Source of the DNA: a virus | Lineage: Duplodnaviria; Caudoviricetes | Reading direction: 5' to 3' (one strand) | Length of the DNA: 64,000 bases | IMG/VR virus record: IMGVR_UViG_3300033068_001704 | Location: 64,001 to 128,000 of that record | Part shown: in pieces, positions 1-8,506 of the stretch | Layout: every line of letters starts with the position of its first letter | Position numbering within the stretch: position 1 is the stretch's first letter | Notes under the pieces: model-generated | The model's input: only the letters and a program-made list of their open reading frames with translations | The model's database searches: none | Told to the model about the DNA's origin: nothing | Made by a program: the position numbers and the translations under genes

Positions 1-453
1 GAGGACGAGGAGGCGAAGAAGGAAGCCGCCAAGAAGTCCGAGGACGAGGGCCAGGACGAGGCAGCGGACGCGGACGACGACGTCGAGGCCTCGAAGAAGG
101 CGTGCGGCGAAGAGGACGGTCTGATGGCCGAGTTCGGCGACGACCTCGACCCGATGGCGTCGATGGACGACGTCCCGGGCATGGGCGACGACGAGATGGA
201 GATGCTCTACGGCTCGCACTTCGCCTCGAAGAAGTCCGAGGACGAGGGTGACGAGGGTGACGAGCCCAAGGAGGAAGAGGAGGGGGTCAAGAAGGCCGCC
301 GCCGTCCGCCCGCAGCCCCGTCGCGCCTCGACCGGCGTCCGCACCCTCGGTGCGGTGAGCAAGACCGCTTCGGCGGCGAGCGGTGGAACCGAGATCTCGG
401 AGCTGTCGAAGCTCTGGGAGTCGGCCCCCGACGTCTCGAAGATCTTCGGCTGA
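1..453 (+). CDS. C-terminal part of probable capsid scaffolding protein (5' truncated by window)
   Basis: Open from base 1 in frame with the 124..453 ORF; very acidic low-complexity sequence with KxA/RxA motifs; conserved-looking C-terminus ELSKLWESAPDVSKIFG; lies upstream of the head genes. Confidence 0.65.
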   Translation, partial: EDEEAKKEAAKKSEDEGQDEAADADDDVEASKKACGEEDGLMAEFGDDLDPMASMDDVPGMGDDEMEMLYGSHFASKKSEDEGDEGDEPKEEEEGVKKAAAVRPQPRRASTGVRTLGAVSKTASAASGGTEISELSKLWESAPDVSKIFG

Positions 454-477
454 TCATCACCTGATCTGAACGAAGAG

Positions 478-518
478 GAAGGCCTGAGTCGGACAACCGA
501 CTCAGGCCTTCTGCGTTT
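478..518 (+). terminator. Intrinsic terminator
   Basis: GAAGGCCTGAGTCGG-ACAA-CCGACTCAGGCCTTC perfect 15-bp stem followed by T-rich bases, after the stop at 453. Confidence 0.8.
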
Positions 519-708
519 CAGTCACTGCACAACGCGACTCGTATCTATCCCCCCCTAAAAAAACTTTCACTGGATTTCGTTTTCTGACTAATAGGGGCCG
601 CTTAGGGTTGACGGGTCAACTGACCCACCCCGTTTCCATGGTGGGAATGGGTCCCCCCTCGAAGTAACCCCACTCCCCTGACAGGGAGCAGAGATAGGAG
701 CCTAGGCT

Positions 709-1389
709 ATGCCTTTGCTTGGACAGGCGAGCGGTGGGTGGACTGAGAGCAGCTCGGCCCTGAGACTTCTCCACGTCGGTGTGCGCAACACCGTCGGAGT
801 TCTCACGGACGACAGCTTCACGCAGTCCAACCCCCCGATCGTGACGACCGCAGGAACGATCTCCACCGCACCCGGCCTCCTCACCGAGGTTCACGGCGTG
901 CTCTCGGGCTCCGTCGCGTTCGCCCGCCCCGATGGCGGATCGAACTTCATCGGAGGCCCCGTCACCGTCGCTGCGAGCGGCGTGACGGCAGCCCAGGCGC
1001 TTCGCACGCGTCCGGTCGGCTGCTTCATCAACAACGCGATGGGCAACGCGTACGAGAACCTTCCGGGGGTCGCCTCGAACAAGGGTCCGTACGTTTCGGC
1101 GCAGGGCACCTACGGCAACCGTCTCTACGAGACGGAGCTGCTCGCGGCTGCCGCACCGTTCGCTCAGGGTGCGTCGATGACGTTCATGGCGGGCATGGAG
1201 CTGGTCGCTTCGGTGAACGGCTACCTCATGCCTCGTGAACTCGACAACGCGGGTGCCTCGGTGTCGATCGACATCACGGGTGCGTCCCTCGAAGTCACGA
1301 ACGGGCGCGCGTCGAGCACGCTCATGGGCATCCTCAAGATGGTTCCGGACTCGGTCCAGACCGAGCTGGTCTACGACCAGCGCGTCTGA
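709..1389 (+). CDS. Probable head decoration/cement-type virion protein
   Basis: AGGAG SD; directly upstream of the MCP; strong codon bias; Gly/Ala/Thr-rich beta-type sequence. Confidence 0.5.
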   Translation: MPLLGQASGGWTESSSALRLLHVGVRNTVGVLTDDSFTQSNPPIVTTAGTISTAPGLLTEVHGVLSGSVAFARPDGGSNFIGGPVTVAASGVTAAQALRTRPVGCFINNAMGNAYENLPGVASNKGPYVSAQGTYGNRLYETELLAAAAPFAQGASMTFMAGMELVASVNGYLMPRELDNAGASVSIDITGASLEVTNGRASSTLMGILKMVPDSVQTELVYDQRV

Positions 1390-1417
1390 GCGCGTCGCTG
1401 AAGGAAAGAGGAAAGCC

Positions 1418-2293
1418 ATGTCGAACGTCAGCAACGCGATCAAGCAGAAGATCATCAGCGACTACCTCAAGACCGCTTCGGGCCGTAACAAGCTCGCAGC
1501 GTCGATGACGCAGCCGCTCCGCACGCGCCGGGACTACATGTCCGTGGGCCGCAAGACCTTCCTGGTCGAGCAGCTCCCCGACGGCGCACTCCCGATCTAC
1601 GACAAGGACCCGGACGTCACGGCGTACGTGGTCGGCGAGGAGGGCGAGAACATCCTCGCCATCACCAAGCCGCGTCGTGTGATCTTCCCGCTGTTCGAGA
1701 TCGCCTCGAACCCGGAGATCCCCCTCACGCAGATCAAGGAGCGCCGCTTCGACCTCATCGAGCGCGCCCAGGATCTCGCGCGAGCCATGATCCAGGCCGC
1801 CGAGGACGAGCGCGTCTTCGCAGTCCTCGACGCCATCGCCGTGAACGGGTTCGACTCGATCCCCGGTGGCACCAACGCAGACATCCCGGTGATCGCGCCC
1901 ATCAACGGCGCAGTCCTCGCGGATGCCTTCGCGATGATCGAGCGTCATGACCTGCGCGTCGCGCGCGTGTACATGAACGCGCGGGACTACGCGGACATCC
2001 GCAAGTTCGGTCGCGACATCCTCGACATCGAGTCGCAGGCGACGCTGCTCAAGACCGGCCTCCAGGCAACCCTCTGGGGCGCCCAGGTCATCACGAGCCG
2101 TCTCGTCCCGGTCGGCACGGTGTACATCTGCTGCGAGCCCGAGATGTTCGGTCGGATCCCGGTCCGCACCGAGCTGACGGTCCTCTCGGCCGACGACCCG
2201 AAGGCCCGGACCATCGGCTTCAGCGTGTTCGAAAATCTCGGCATCGGCGCGTACAACCCGCGAGGCCTCACCCGCCTCACGGTCACCCGCTGA
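1418..2293 (+). CDS. Major capsid protein (HK97 fold, Bxz1-like family)
   Basis: ATG 1418 with GAGGAAAG SD; motifs LAASMTQPLR..RDY, LPDGALPIYD, FEIASNPEI, IQAAEDER, GFSVFE recall mycobacteriophage Bxz1-type MCPs; strong codon bias; followed by a terminator. Confidence 0.85.
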   Translation: MSNVSNAIKQKIISDYLKTASGRNKLAASMTQPLRTRRDYMSVGRKTFLVEQLPDGALPIYDKDPDVTAYVVGEEGENILAITKPRRVIFPLFEIASNPEIPLTQIKERRFDLIERAQDLARAMIQAAEDERVFAVLDAIAVNGFDSIPGGTNADIPVIAPINGAVLADAFAMIERHDLRVARVYMNARDYADIRKFGRDILDIESQATLLKTGLQATLWGAQVITSRLVPVGTVYICCEPEMFGRIPVRTELTVLSADDPKARTIGFSVFENLGIGAYNPRGLTRLTVTR

Positions 2294-2328
2294 ACTAGCT
2301 GAGATCGCTGAGTAATCAGCGCCCAACA

Positions 2329-2372
2329 ACATCGAGCCCGGAGCCTGAAAAGGCCTCGGGCTCGATGCTTTT
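2329..2372 (+). terminator. Intrinsic terminator after MCP
   Basis: CATCGAGCCCG...CGGGCTCGATG stem followed by CTTTTT. Confidence 0.8.
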
Positions 2373-2412
2373 TGCGGTGGCTTTCGGTGATATTTCGGGT
2401 ACTGTACCCTGA

Positions 2413-3357
2413 ATGAAAGCCATCCCTTGCCCTGTCTCCCAGGAAGAGCTTCGGGTCCTCGTGTGGGACGAGAAGCTCACAGACGAACAGATCGCGACTC
2501 GACTCCCAGATGGGACAGCGAAGCGTGTTCGGTCATGGCGCGAGCGGTATGGGATCGAGACGCACCCGAGATGGGCTCGGAACGAAGTCCCCCCGATCGA
2601 GGGGAAGCTCCATTCTCTCCTCGTCGGGTCGATGCTTGGAGATGGACGCATCGTCCACCGCACGAATGCAGCCCACTACAGCGAGAGCCACAGCGGCGCG
2701 CAGCGGTCCTACCTGGAGTGGAAGGCGGACCTCTGGGGGTCGTGGGCACGCCCGATTTTCAACGTTCCGGACAATCGTGGCTACGAGCAGGTCCGGATGA
2801 ACACGGTTGCCCATGGTGCCCTGGTTCCGTGGAGGGACATGTTCTACCCGAGTCGGGAGAAGGGCTGGAAGAGACTCGTCCCGAGCATCGTGGACCTCGT
2901 GGACGAGTTCGCGCTCGCGATCTGGTACCTGGATGATGGGTGCTCTTCGTGGTGGCCCACCATCACCTTCGGGATGGATGAGGGGAGCTGGAAGATCGCC
3001 GGGGCCATCTTCGAGAAGTTCGGCCTTCAAGTGAGGTGGGGGCCGAAGCGAGGTGCCACGGGGGAGTTCTACATGGAGAGGGAGGACACGGCTCACCGGT
3101 TCCTCGACCTCATCACCCCCCACGTCCCCGAGTGCATGAGCTACAAGCTCTCTGGGTTCGGGTTCCAGGGGCCCCACTACCACGTCCGAGGGAGCCTGAC
3201 GGAGGCTTCGCTCCGGGACTACGCGGCGCGTCAGGTCCCGATCCAGAAGATCGCCAGAGAGCTGGGCGTTGGGGCCACAACCGTGGACACCTACCTGAAG
3301 AAATTCGGGATCGAGCACGCAAGGAAGCGGGGTCGCCCCAGCGTCATGGGGGAGTAG
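2413..3357 (+). mobile_element. Free-standing LAGLIDADG homing endonuclease with N- and C-terminal HTH-like segments
   Basis: Two LAGLIDADG-like helices (LLVGSMLGDG, LAIWYLDDG), CMSYKL end motif; HTH-like TDEQIA..RVRSWRERYGI and IQKIARELGVGATTVDTYLKKFGI. Confidence 0.85.
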
Positions 3358-3364
3358 ATACAAG

Positions 3365-3757
3365 ATGTACCTGTCTCTCGTAGAGGAGATCCTCAACCCC
3401 ACCATCGATCGCTTGCATGTGGAGTGGTTGACGCTGAAGCGAACCGGACGCCGCCAGACACTTTCTTGGGTCGATTACCACAAGAAGCAGGGGGTACTGG
3501 CAGCTCTAAAGGCCAAATTCATCTACCTGTCAGATGTGCGGGATGGGTTCTGGGTGACCACAAACCCCACGGTTTACTCGATGAGGGGCATGCTCGGGGA
3601 TGCCAACTCAGACCTTCTCCGAGAGATGGTGAGGAAGGCTCTAGCCCCTCTTCTGGGGGAGGCTGAAGCAGAAATCGTGCGCCTCCAGAAGCTCGTGAAG
3701 GAGTTGGAGCGGGACCGGGAGCGGGCGATGTACCCGCGCGACTCGATCGACTCCTAG
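3365..3757 (+). CDS. Hypothetical protein
   Basis: ORF packed between neighbours; C-terminal coiled coil. Confidence 0.55.
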   Translation: MYLSLVEEILNPTIDRLHVEWLTLKRTGRRQTLSWVDYHKKQGVLAALKAKFIYLSDVRDGFWVTTNPTVYSMRGMLGDANSDLLREMVRKALAPLLGEAEAEIVRLQKLVKELERDRERAMYPRDSIDS

Positions 3758-3815
3758 GTCATCTGGGGGTTCTTGGTGAGTAACGTCCTGGGCAACCCCC
3801 CAGGAGACGTTGACC

Positions 3816-4895
3816 ATGAGCAAGAACCACTACGAGAAGATCCGCAAGATCGTGGACGGATCGTTCTACTCCCCGAGTGTCGAGAAGGATGTCAGCAACT
3901 TCACGGACGTGAAGACCAGCCACATCCTTGATGCGATCCACCAGCTCGCTCGGGGTGCCCTGTACGAGATTTCGGAGAAGCTGAACGAGGGCCGTCTCCG
4001 GTGGCTCAAGTCTGGGATGACCGAGCACGCGGGCGTGCTTGCAGGTGCGATCAAGATCGTGGAGGCGAAGGCCAAGAACCTGGAGGTGGATGTCGATCTG
4101 ATCCAGTCCACCCTCGACGGCTCTCGTTACAGCCCGGGTGTCTGCGATGCGTCCCCGGATTCTGATGGTTTGAAGGCCCGTCACCTGTGCGCGTATGCGA
4201 GGGACGTAGTCTTCAAGACCCTGTATGACGTGTCGGGGGAGTTGAACGTCCGTCGTCTTGGTTGGCTCAAGGCAGGGATGTCAGAACAGGCTGGGGTTCT
4301 GGCATGGACCATCAAGCTCGTGGAGGGGGATGGTCGCCGCAGATCTGGGGAAGGTGATTCCGACGAGGATCTCGTTGACGAGGACTCCGAGGGCAATGAG
4401 AGGTTGGCGGACGTCGAACAGAACGTCGTCCAGAAGATCTCCAAGTACCTTCACCTGAAGGATGACGCTGAGGCGGAGGAGGAGGAGGAGGAGGCCCCCG
4501 CCGCCCCTGCCCCTGACCGAACGTGCCACGTCGTGCAGCTCTGCGAACTCTCAGCGGGGGTGCTGGCAAGCGTGGAGGCAGAGGAAGCGCAGGACCTCGT
4601 CTCGCAGATCGAGACGATGGTTCGTCTGACGAAGCAGCTTCCCGATGTGGTGAGAAACCACTTCAACACGTGGATGGATGCGGCGAAGGCAGATCAAGGC
4701 TCGCTCTTTCGACGGGAGTACAGGGGGTTCCTTCGGGTCGATGTCCCGAACCCGAACATCAAACACGAAATGGTTCAGCAGCTTTCCGACAAGGCGCGAG
4801 GCTTGATGAAGGACCTTCTGGAGCATGAGGGGTTCACCATCCAGAGCAGCTTCCACGTCAACACCAACCTTTCCCAGATCACGTTCTCATGGTGA
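3816..4895 (+). CDS. Hypothetical protein with internal ~36-aa duplication and acidic linkers
   Basis: AGGAG SD 9 nt before ATG 3816; repeats LYEISEKLNEGRLRWLKSGMTEHAGVLA and LYDVSGELNVRRLGWLKAGMSEQAGVLA. Confidence 0.7.
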   Translation: MSKNHYEKIRKIVDGSFYSPSVEKDVSNFTDVKTSHILDAIHQLARGALYEISEKLNEGRLRWLKSGMTEHAGVLAGAIKIVEAKAKNLEVDVDLIQSTLDGSRYSPGVCDASPDSDGLKARHLCAYARDVVFKTLYDVSGELNVRRLGWLKAGMSEQAGVLAWTIKLVEGDGRRRSGEGDSDEDLVDEDSEGNERLADVEQNVVQKISKYLHLKDDAEAEEEEEEAPAAPAPDRTCHVVQLCELSAGVLASVEAEEAQDLVSQIETMVRLTKQLPDVVRNHFNTWMDAAKADQGSLFRREYRGFLRVDVPNPNIKHEMVQQLSDKARGLMKDLLEHEGFTIQSSFHVNTNLSQITFSW

Positions 4896-5188
4896 CCCCG
4901 CCGCGCCAGCTACGCCCCGTGGTCGTGTGCCCAGAGGTGTCCGAGCCCACGCTCTTCCTCTCGTTCTCGGACGCCGTGACGGCCCTCGGTGAGGGGTGGG
5001 GGGAGCATTTCCGCTCGGTCTTCATGTCTGGCGTCGGGGTCGCGGGCGTGTGGGCAGTCCCTCATCCGGATGCCGGCGCTCATCCTGACGCCGTCGCCTT
5101 CAGCGCCAAGAGCATTTGCGAGAAGATCGACGGAGAAATTCTCAACATGCTCACTGAAGCCGCGAAGCCGTACAAGGGGAAGTGGTGA
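4889..5188 (+). CDS. Hypothetical protein
   Basis: Overlaps the stop/start of both neighbours. Confidence 0.55.
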   Translation: MVTPPRQLRPVVVCPEVSEPTLFLSFSDAVTALGEGWGEHFRSVFMSGVGVAGVWAVPHPDAGAHPDAVAFSAKSICEKIDGEILNMLTEAAKPYKGKW

Positions 5189-5442
5189 CCGATCTGGAGC
5201 ATGACGCGGAGTTCCCGTTCTCCGAAGCGCTAATTCGCATGCGCGAAGGAGGGAATGTGCGTCGAAAGGGGTGGGCCTCGACAGTCCGTCTCGACAGTGA
5301 TGGGGAGATCGTGTGGGCCGACCTGTCGGCCATAGAACGCCCGCTCGCCGAGGTGGGGTTGGGGTTCATCCTCACCCACAAGAAGGCCAACCTTCGCGAC
5401 ACTGATCTGCTCGCCACTGACTGGAGCGAGGTGAAGCCGTGA
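5182..5442 (+). CDS. DUF2829 / Tad2-like protein
   Basis: Family signature FSEAL..MREGGNVRRKGW and C-terminal DLLATDW. Confidence 0.7.
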   Translation: MVTDLEHDAEFPFSEALIRMREGGNVRRKGWASTVRLDSDGEIVWADLSAIERPLAEVGLGFILTHKKANLRDTDLLATDWSEVKP

Positions 5443-5612
5443 CCAACAGCGAGATCTTCCGGCGTGTCGCAGAGCACCAGCTCACCCCGAGTGAAGGGGT
5501 GGCTCTGATGCTTCAGCAGGACCGGGAAGATCTCGCTCGTCTGCGCCCCACATGGGTTCCGACATGGATCTGGGGCCGATGCGTCTCCCTGGTGGTCGGC
5601 CCACAGGCGTAA
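5439..5612 (+). CDS. Small hypothetical protein (57 aa, below the ORF-track cutoff)
   Basis: GTGA overlap with the upstream stop; ends in GCG-TAA inside the promoter motif. Confidence 0.5.
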   Translation: MTNSEIFRRVAEHQLTPSEGVALMLQQDREDLARLRPTWVPTWIWGRCVSLVVGPQA

Positions 5613-5621
5613 GATCTCAGA
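5607..5621 (+). promoter_or_regulatory. GCGTAA promoter-like motif, leaderless start
   Basis: GCGTAAG at 5607; ATG 5621 is 11 nt from the T; no SD. Confidence 0.6.
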
Positions 5622-5839
5622 TGGACGACGAGGAGCGGGTCCCTCCCGCAACGAACGAGCTTTGCCCGGCGTGCCTCGGCTCGTTGGGTCGTTCCACCGT
5701 GACCATCTACGTCGCTGGCACGGATGACAAGGAGACGATCTCCTTGGACATCGGGTGCTGGGCGAAAGCCGGCATGCCGAAGTGGTGGACTGGCAGACCG
5801 TCGCAGATGAACCTTCCTCCCGGGCGTAAGAGTCGGTAG
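5621..5839 (+). CDS. Small Cys-containing hypothetical protein
   Basis: CPAC motif; start chosen from promoter spacing; abuts the next ATG. Confidence 0.5.
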   Translation: MDDEERVPPATNELCPACLGSLGRSTVTIYVAGTDDKETISLDIGCWAKAGMPKWWTGRPSQMNLPPGRKSR

Positions 5840-6367
5840 ATGGATCAAGACAACGACGACGATCCGAGGATGCTCTCCCCCGAGCAGATGGAGGCCTTGA
5901 AGAGGGGCGAGCTGAGGTTCGAGGCGGTGGTCATCGCCAACCCCAGGAAGCTCGCATCCCAGGTGAAGCAAGTCCTCGTGGTCCGCAAGGACCTGAACAT
6001 GAGGAAGGGGAAGATCGCGGCGCAGTGCGGACATGCGGTCATGAAGGTGATCCTCGACCGGATGATCGTCCGGCCGGACACCGACAACGACGCAGCCACG
6101 GTGCGTGAGTTCCTCTTCAGCTACGCCCGTCCGAGCGCCTGGGCATCTTGGCTGGAGGGGAAGTACACGAAGATCTGCGTGTCCGTGAACTCCGAGGCCG
6201 AGCTGCTGGAGGTCTACGAGAAGGCGAAGCTGGTCGCCCCCGCATCCCTGATCCAAGACTCCGGACTCACTGAGTTCGGCGGCGTCCCCACCTACACGGT
6301 GGTCGCGGTCGGCCCCGCTTGGGCTGACGAGATCGACCCCATCACCGGTCATCTCCCTCTTCTCTGA
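5840..6367 (+). CDS. pth2: Peptidyl-tRNA hydrolase, Pth2 family
   Basis: KQVLVVRKDLNMRKGKIAAQCGHA, TKICVSV, IQDSGLTEF, TVVAVGP, IDPITGHLPLL are hallmark Pth2 motifs. Confidence 0.92.
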   Translation: MDQDNDDDPRMLSPEQMEALKRGELRFEAVVIANPRKLASQVKQVLVVRKDLNMRKGKIAAQCGHAVMKVILDRMIVRPDTDNDAATVREFLFSYARPSAWASWLEGKYTKICVSVNSEAELLEVYEKAKLVAPASLIQDSGLTEFGGVPTYTVVAVGPAWADEIDPITGHLPLL

Positions 6368-6435
6368 GGCCTGGTATGACGCTCGATTCGACGAAGCAGG
6401 AGGCCGCCATGATTTGAACCAAGGAGGTTCTCATC

Positions 6436-6642
6436 ATGTCGCGGTCGTTCAAGTCCTATCAGAAGCGCGATCCCAAGCGTACGGGAATCTTCTTGGGTGC
6501 CTACTTCAACACGTGGTGCGGGTTCACGTGCTGCGGGTTCAGAGGCCAGTCGAACCGCCCCTCAGCGAAGAGGGAGATCCGCGCCTGGAGACGGGCCCAA
6601 GACCGCGAGGCGGTCCGAGATGGGCTCGCGGATCGAGACTGA
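6436..6642 (+). CDS. Small basic hypothetical protein
   Basis: AAGGAGG SD upstream; MSRS start. Confidence 0.6.
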   Translation: MSRSFKSYQKRDPKRTGIFLGAYFNTWCGFTCCGFRGQSNRPSAKREIRAWRRAQDREAVRDGLADRD

Positions 6643-6654
6643 GGGTCATCAAGG

Positions 6655-6965
6655 TGAGAGTACACCCCCGAATCTGTGACGCGGCCGAGGCCATTCTCCG
6701 GGAGACCGACAACCCTGCGGTGATGTGGGGGGACTGCGGTCTCCTCGACATGATCGCCGTTCGGGCTGGTCTTGAGCGAGACGGGACGAAGTGGATGGGG
6801 GGCATCCCTCATCTTCACAGCCGGGTTCTCGACGCGTTGTCGAAGCAACCTGGGGGTCTGGTGGCCGGGACGACGCGCTGCGGGTCGAACCGTCGCGTGA
6901 GGATTTTCTGGCTTCCGGAGAAAGCTCCGAAGTGGGCGCGGCCCGAAGGCGTAAGAACCTCGTGA
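6655..6965 (+). CDS. Hypothetical protein (start uncertain)
   Basis: 3' part of the 6414..6965 ORF fills the gap; GTGA overlap with the next gene. Confidence 0.45.
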
Positions 6966-7825
6966 AGCAAGCTGTCTGTGTTCTCATCCAGAACGAAGTG
7001 GGAGAGGTCCTCTCGGTTTCCCGACGGGGCAAGCCGGATGACCTAGGCCTTCCGGGTGGGAAGGTCGATCCGGGGGAGACGCTGGAGGAAGCGTGCATCC
7101 GGGAGACGTTCGAGGAGACCGGGATCAAGATCTCGAATCTTCGGCTCGTCTTCCAGAAGGTCTGCCCTGGGGAGGTGGACTACGACTCGTTCACCTTCAC
7201 GGCAGACTACGAAGGAGAGCCTCTCGGCCAGGAGCCCGGGATCGATGTGAAGTGGGCCCCGTGGAGGACCCTCCTCGATGAGGCGAACACGTTTTCGGAC
7301 TACAACCGGGACCTGTTCGATGCTTGGGTTGACTACCAGGTTCCGGAGGAGGCCCAGGATCCTCCGGCAGACTCCGACCCTCTGATCACGGCGATGCGGG
7401 CTCTTCAAGAGGAGATCGACGACATCTGCGACAAGGCGAAGGCATCCCTCGATGAGGGTCGCTTCAAGGAAGCCGAGGCGATTCTCGATGCCATCGACCC
7501 GAACGTGATCGGGTGGATCGACTCAGACCGGATCCGCTCGCTCTACAGCAAGATCTCCCGGCTCAGCCCGAAGGTGGATCCGAACACGGTGCGGTGGTTC
7601 GGTCCGGAGTGGGAAGCGGCGATCTGCACGCTCTCGCCCCGCGAAGAGACGCCGGTCGGGCAGACCTGTCTCCTCTCGGGTCGGCCCGTGATGCGACTCG
7701 ACCGAGGAATCCTCGTTCGACACCACGATCAGCACGGGAACTCGGTGCTCCGCCCGATCCTGCGTGAGACCATCTCCGGGGAGGTCATTCGTGAGACCTT
7801 CTCCGGGGAGAAGAACCCCAAGTAG
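6962..7825 (+). CDS. Nudix hydrolase fused to uncharacterised C-terminal domains
   Basis: Nudix box GGKVDPGETLEEACIRETFEETG; GTG 6962 lies 10 nt after the T of GCGTAAG. Confidence 0.85.
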   Translation: MKQAVCVLIQNEVGEVLSVSRRGKPDDLGLPGGKVDPGETLEEACIRETFEETGIKISNLRLVFQKVCPGEVDYDSFTFTADYEGEPLGQEPGIDVKWAPWRTLLDEANTFSDYNRDLFDAWVDYQVPEEAQDPPADSDPLITAMRALQEEIDDICDKAKASLDEGRFKEAEAILDAIDPNVIGWIDSDRIRSLYSKISRLSPKVDPNTVRWFGPEWEAAICTLSPREETPVGQTCLLSGRPVMRLDRGILVRHHDQHGNSVLRPILRETISGEVIRETFSGEKNPK

Positions 7826-7847
7826 GGGGATTCGAACCTTCACCCGC

Positions 7848-7875
7848 TAGACTTCCTCGGCTCAGGTACTATCCT
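7848..7875 (+). promoter_or_regulatory. Sigma70-like promoter
   Basis: TAGACT-N16-TATCCT in the intergenic region before the leader peptide. Confidence 0.45.
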
Positions 7876-7885
7876 GTCTCCCACC

Positions 7886-7933
7886 ATGAATCTCCTGGCA
7901 CCCATGACCTTCTTGTAGATGCGCCGGCCTTAG
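7886..7933 (+). promoter_or_regulatory. Tandem leader uORFs MNLLAPMTFL* and MRRP*
   Basis: Two abutting in-frame mini-ORFs, both ending TAG, followed by hairpins; in frame with the 8006 gene. Confidence 0.45.
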
Positions 7934-8005
7934 CTCTCGTCCGCGTGGTCCCCCATCGCGGGTCGTTCCCTTTTGGACCGAACCCGAATCGATGAGGAGA
8001 GAACC

Positions 8006-8506
8006 ATGCTCAAGAACGAGATCAAGAACGAGCTGAAGAACCGCGTCGCCGAGAAGACCTTGAAGCGGAAGGTCCGTCTGCTCTACAAGAGCAAGACGCA
8101 TCCGATCGTGGAGGCTTGGGAAGCCGCTGGGCGTCCCTTCATGGAAGAGCCCGAGGCAGTGGCCTACCGCTCTCGGTACCGGGTCATCCTCCAGTTCTGG
8201 TGGGAGGGTGCCGACCTGAAGAAGGAGATCCGGTCCCACCAGCTCGCGCTCGGGTACCTGCGCGGACGTCGGTACTGGGAGTGCGAGCGTTCCAGGGCCG
8301 AGGACAACTTCCCGAACACGGATGAGATCGTCCGGCTGACGGGGGCGACGGAGGCGGAGATCTCCGACTGGCTCACCGAGAAGCCCTCGGAGGAAGAGGC
8401 CGCGGCGTACCAGGTACACCTCGATGCCGCGAAGGCGAAGGCTCGTGCGGCGAAGGCTTCGTACGGTCTCGCGAAGCGCGCAGCGCAGTGTGGGAGAGCA
8501 GCATGA
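8006..8506 (+). CDS. Hypothetical phage protein (R.HQLALGYLRGR.Y motif)
   Basis: GAGGAG SD; motif resembles a phage family I associate with Pth2 loci; first gene of a coupled operon. Confidence 0.65.
   Translation: MLKNEIKNELKNRVAEKTLKRKVRLLYKSKTHPIVEAWEAAGRPFMEEPEAVAYRSRYRVILQFWWEGADLKKEIRSHQLALGYLRGRRYWECERSRAEDNFPNTDEIVRLTGATEAEISDWLTEKPSEEEAAAYQVHLDAAKAKARAAKASYGLAKRAAQCGRAA

Noticed and set aside
520-708. Structured RNA in the capsid-operon leader
   Set aside because: Only short hairpins and an AT-rich promoter-like tract; cannot be supported without covariation data
2413-3357. Intein or group I intron hosting the LAGLIDADG gene
   Set aside because: No Cys/Ser start or His-Asn end, and the flanking genes are not split
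7826-7840. GGGATTCGAACC reads as a tRNA T-loop on the minus strand
   Set aside because: No matching acceptor, D or anticodon arms found around it
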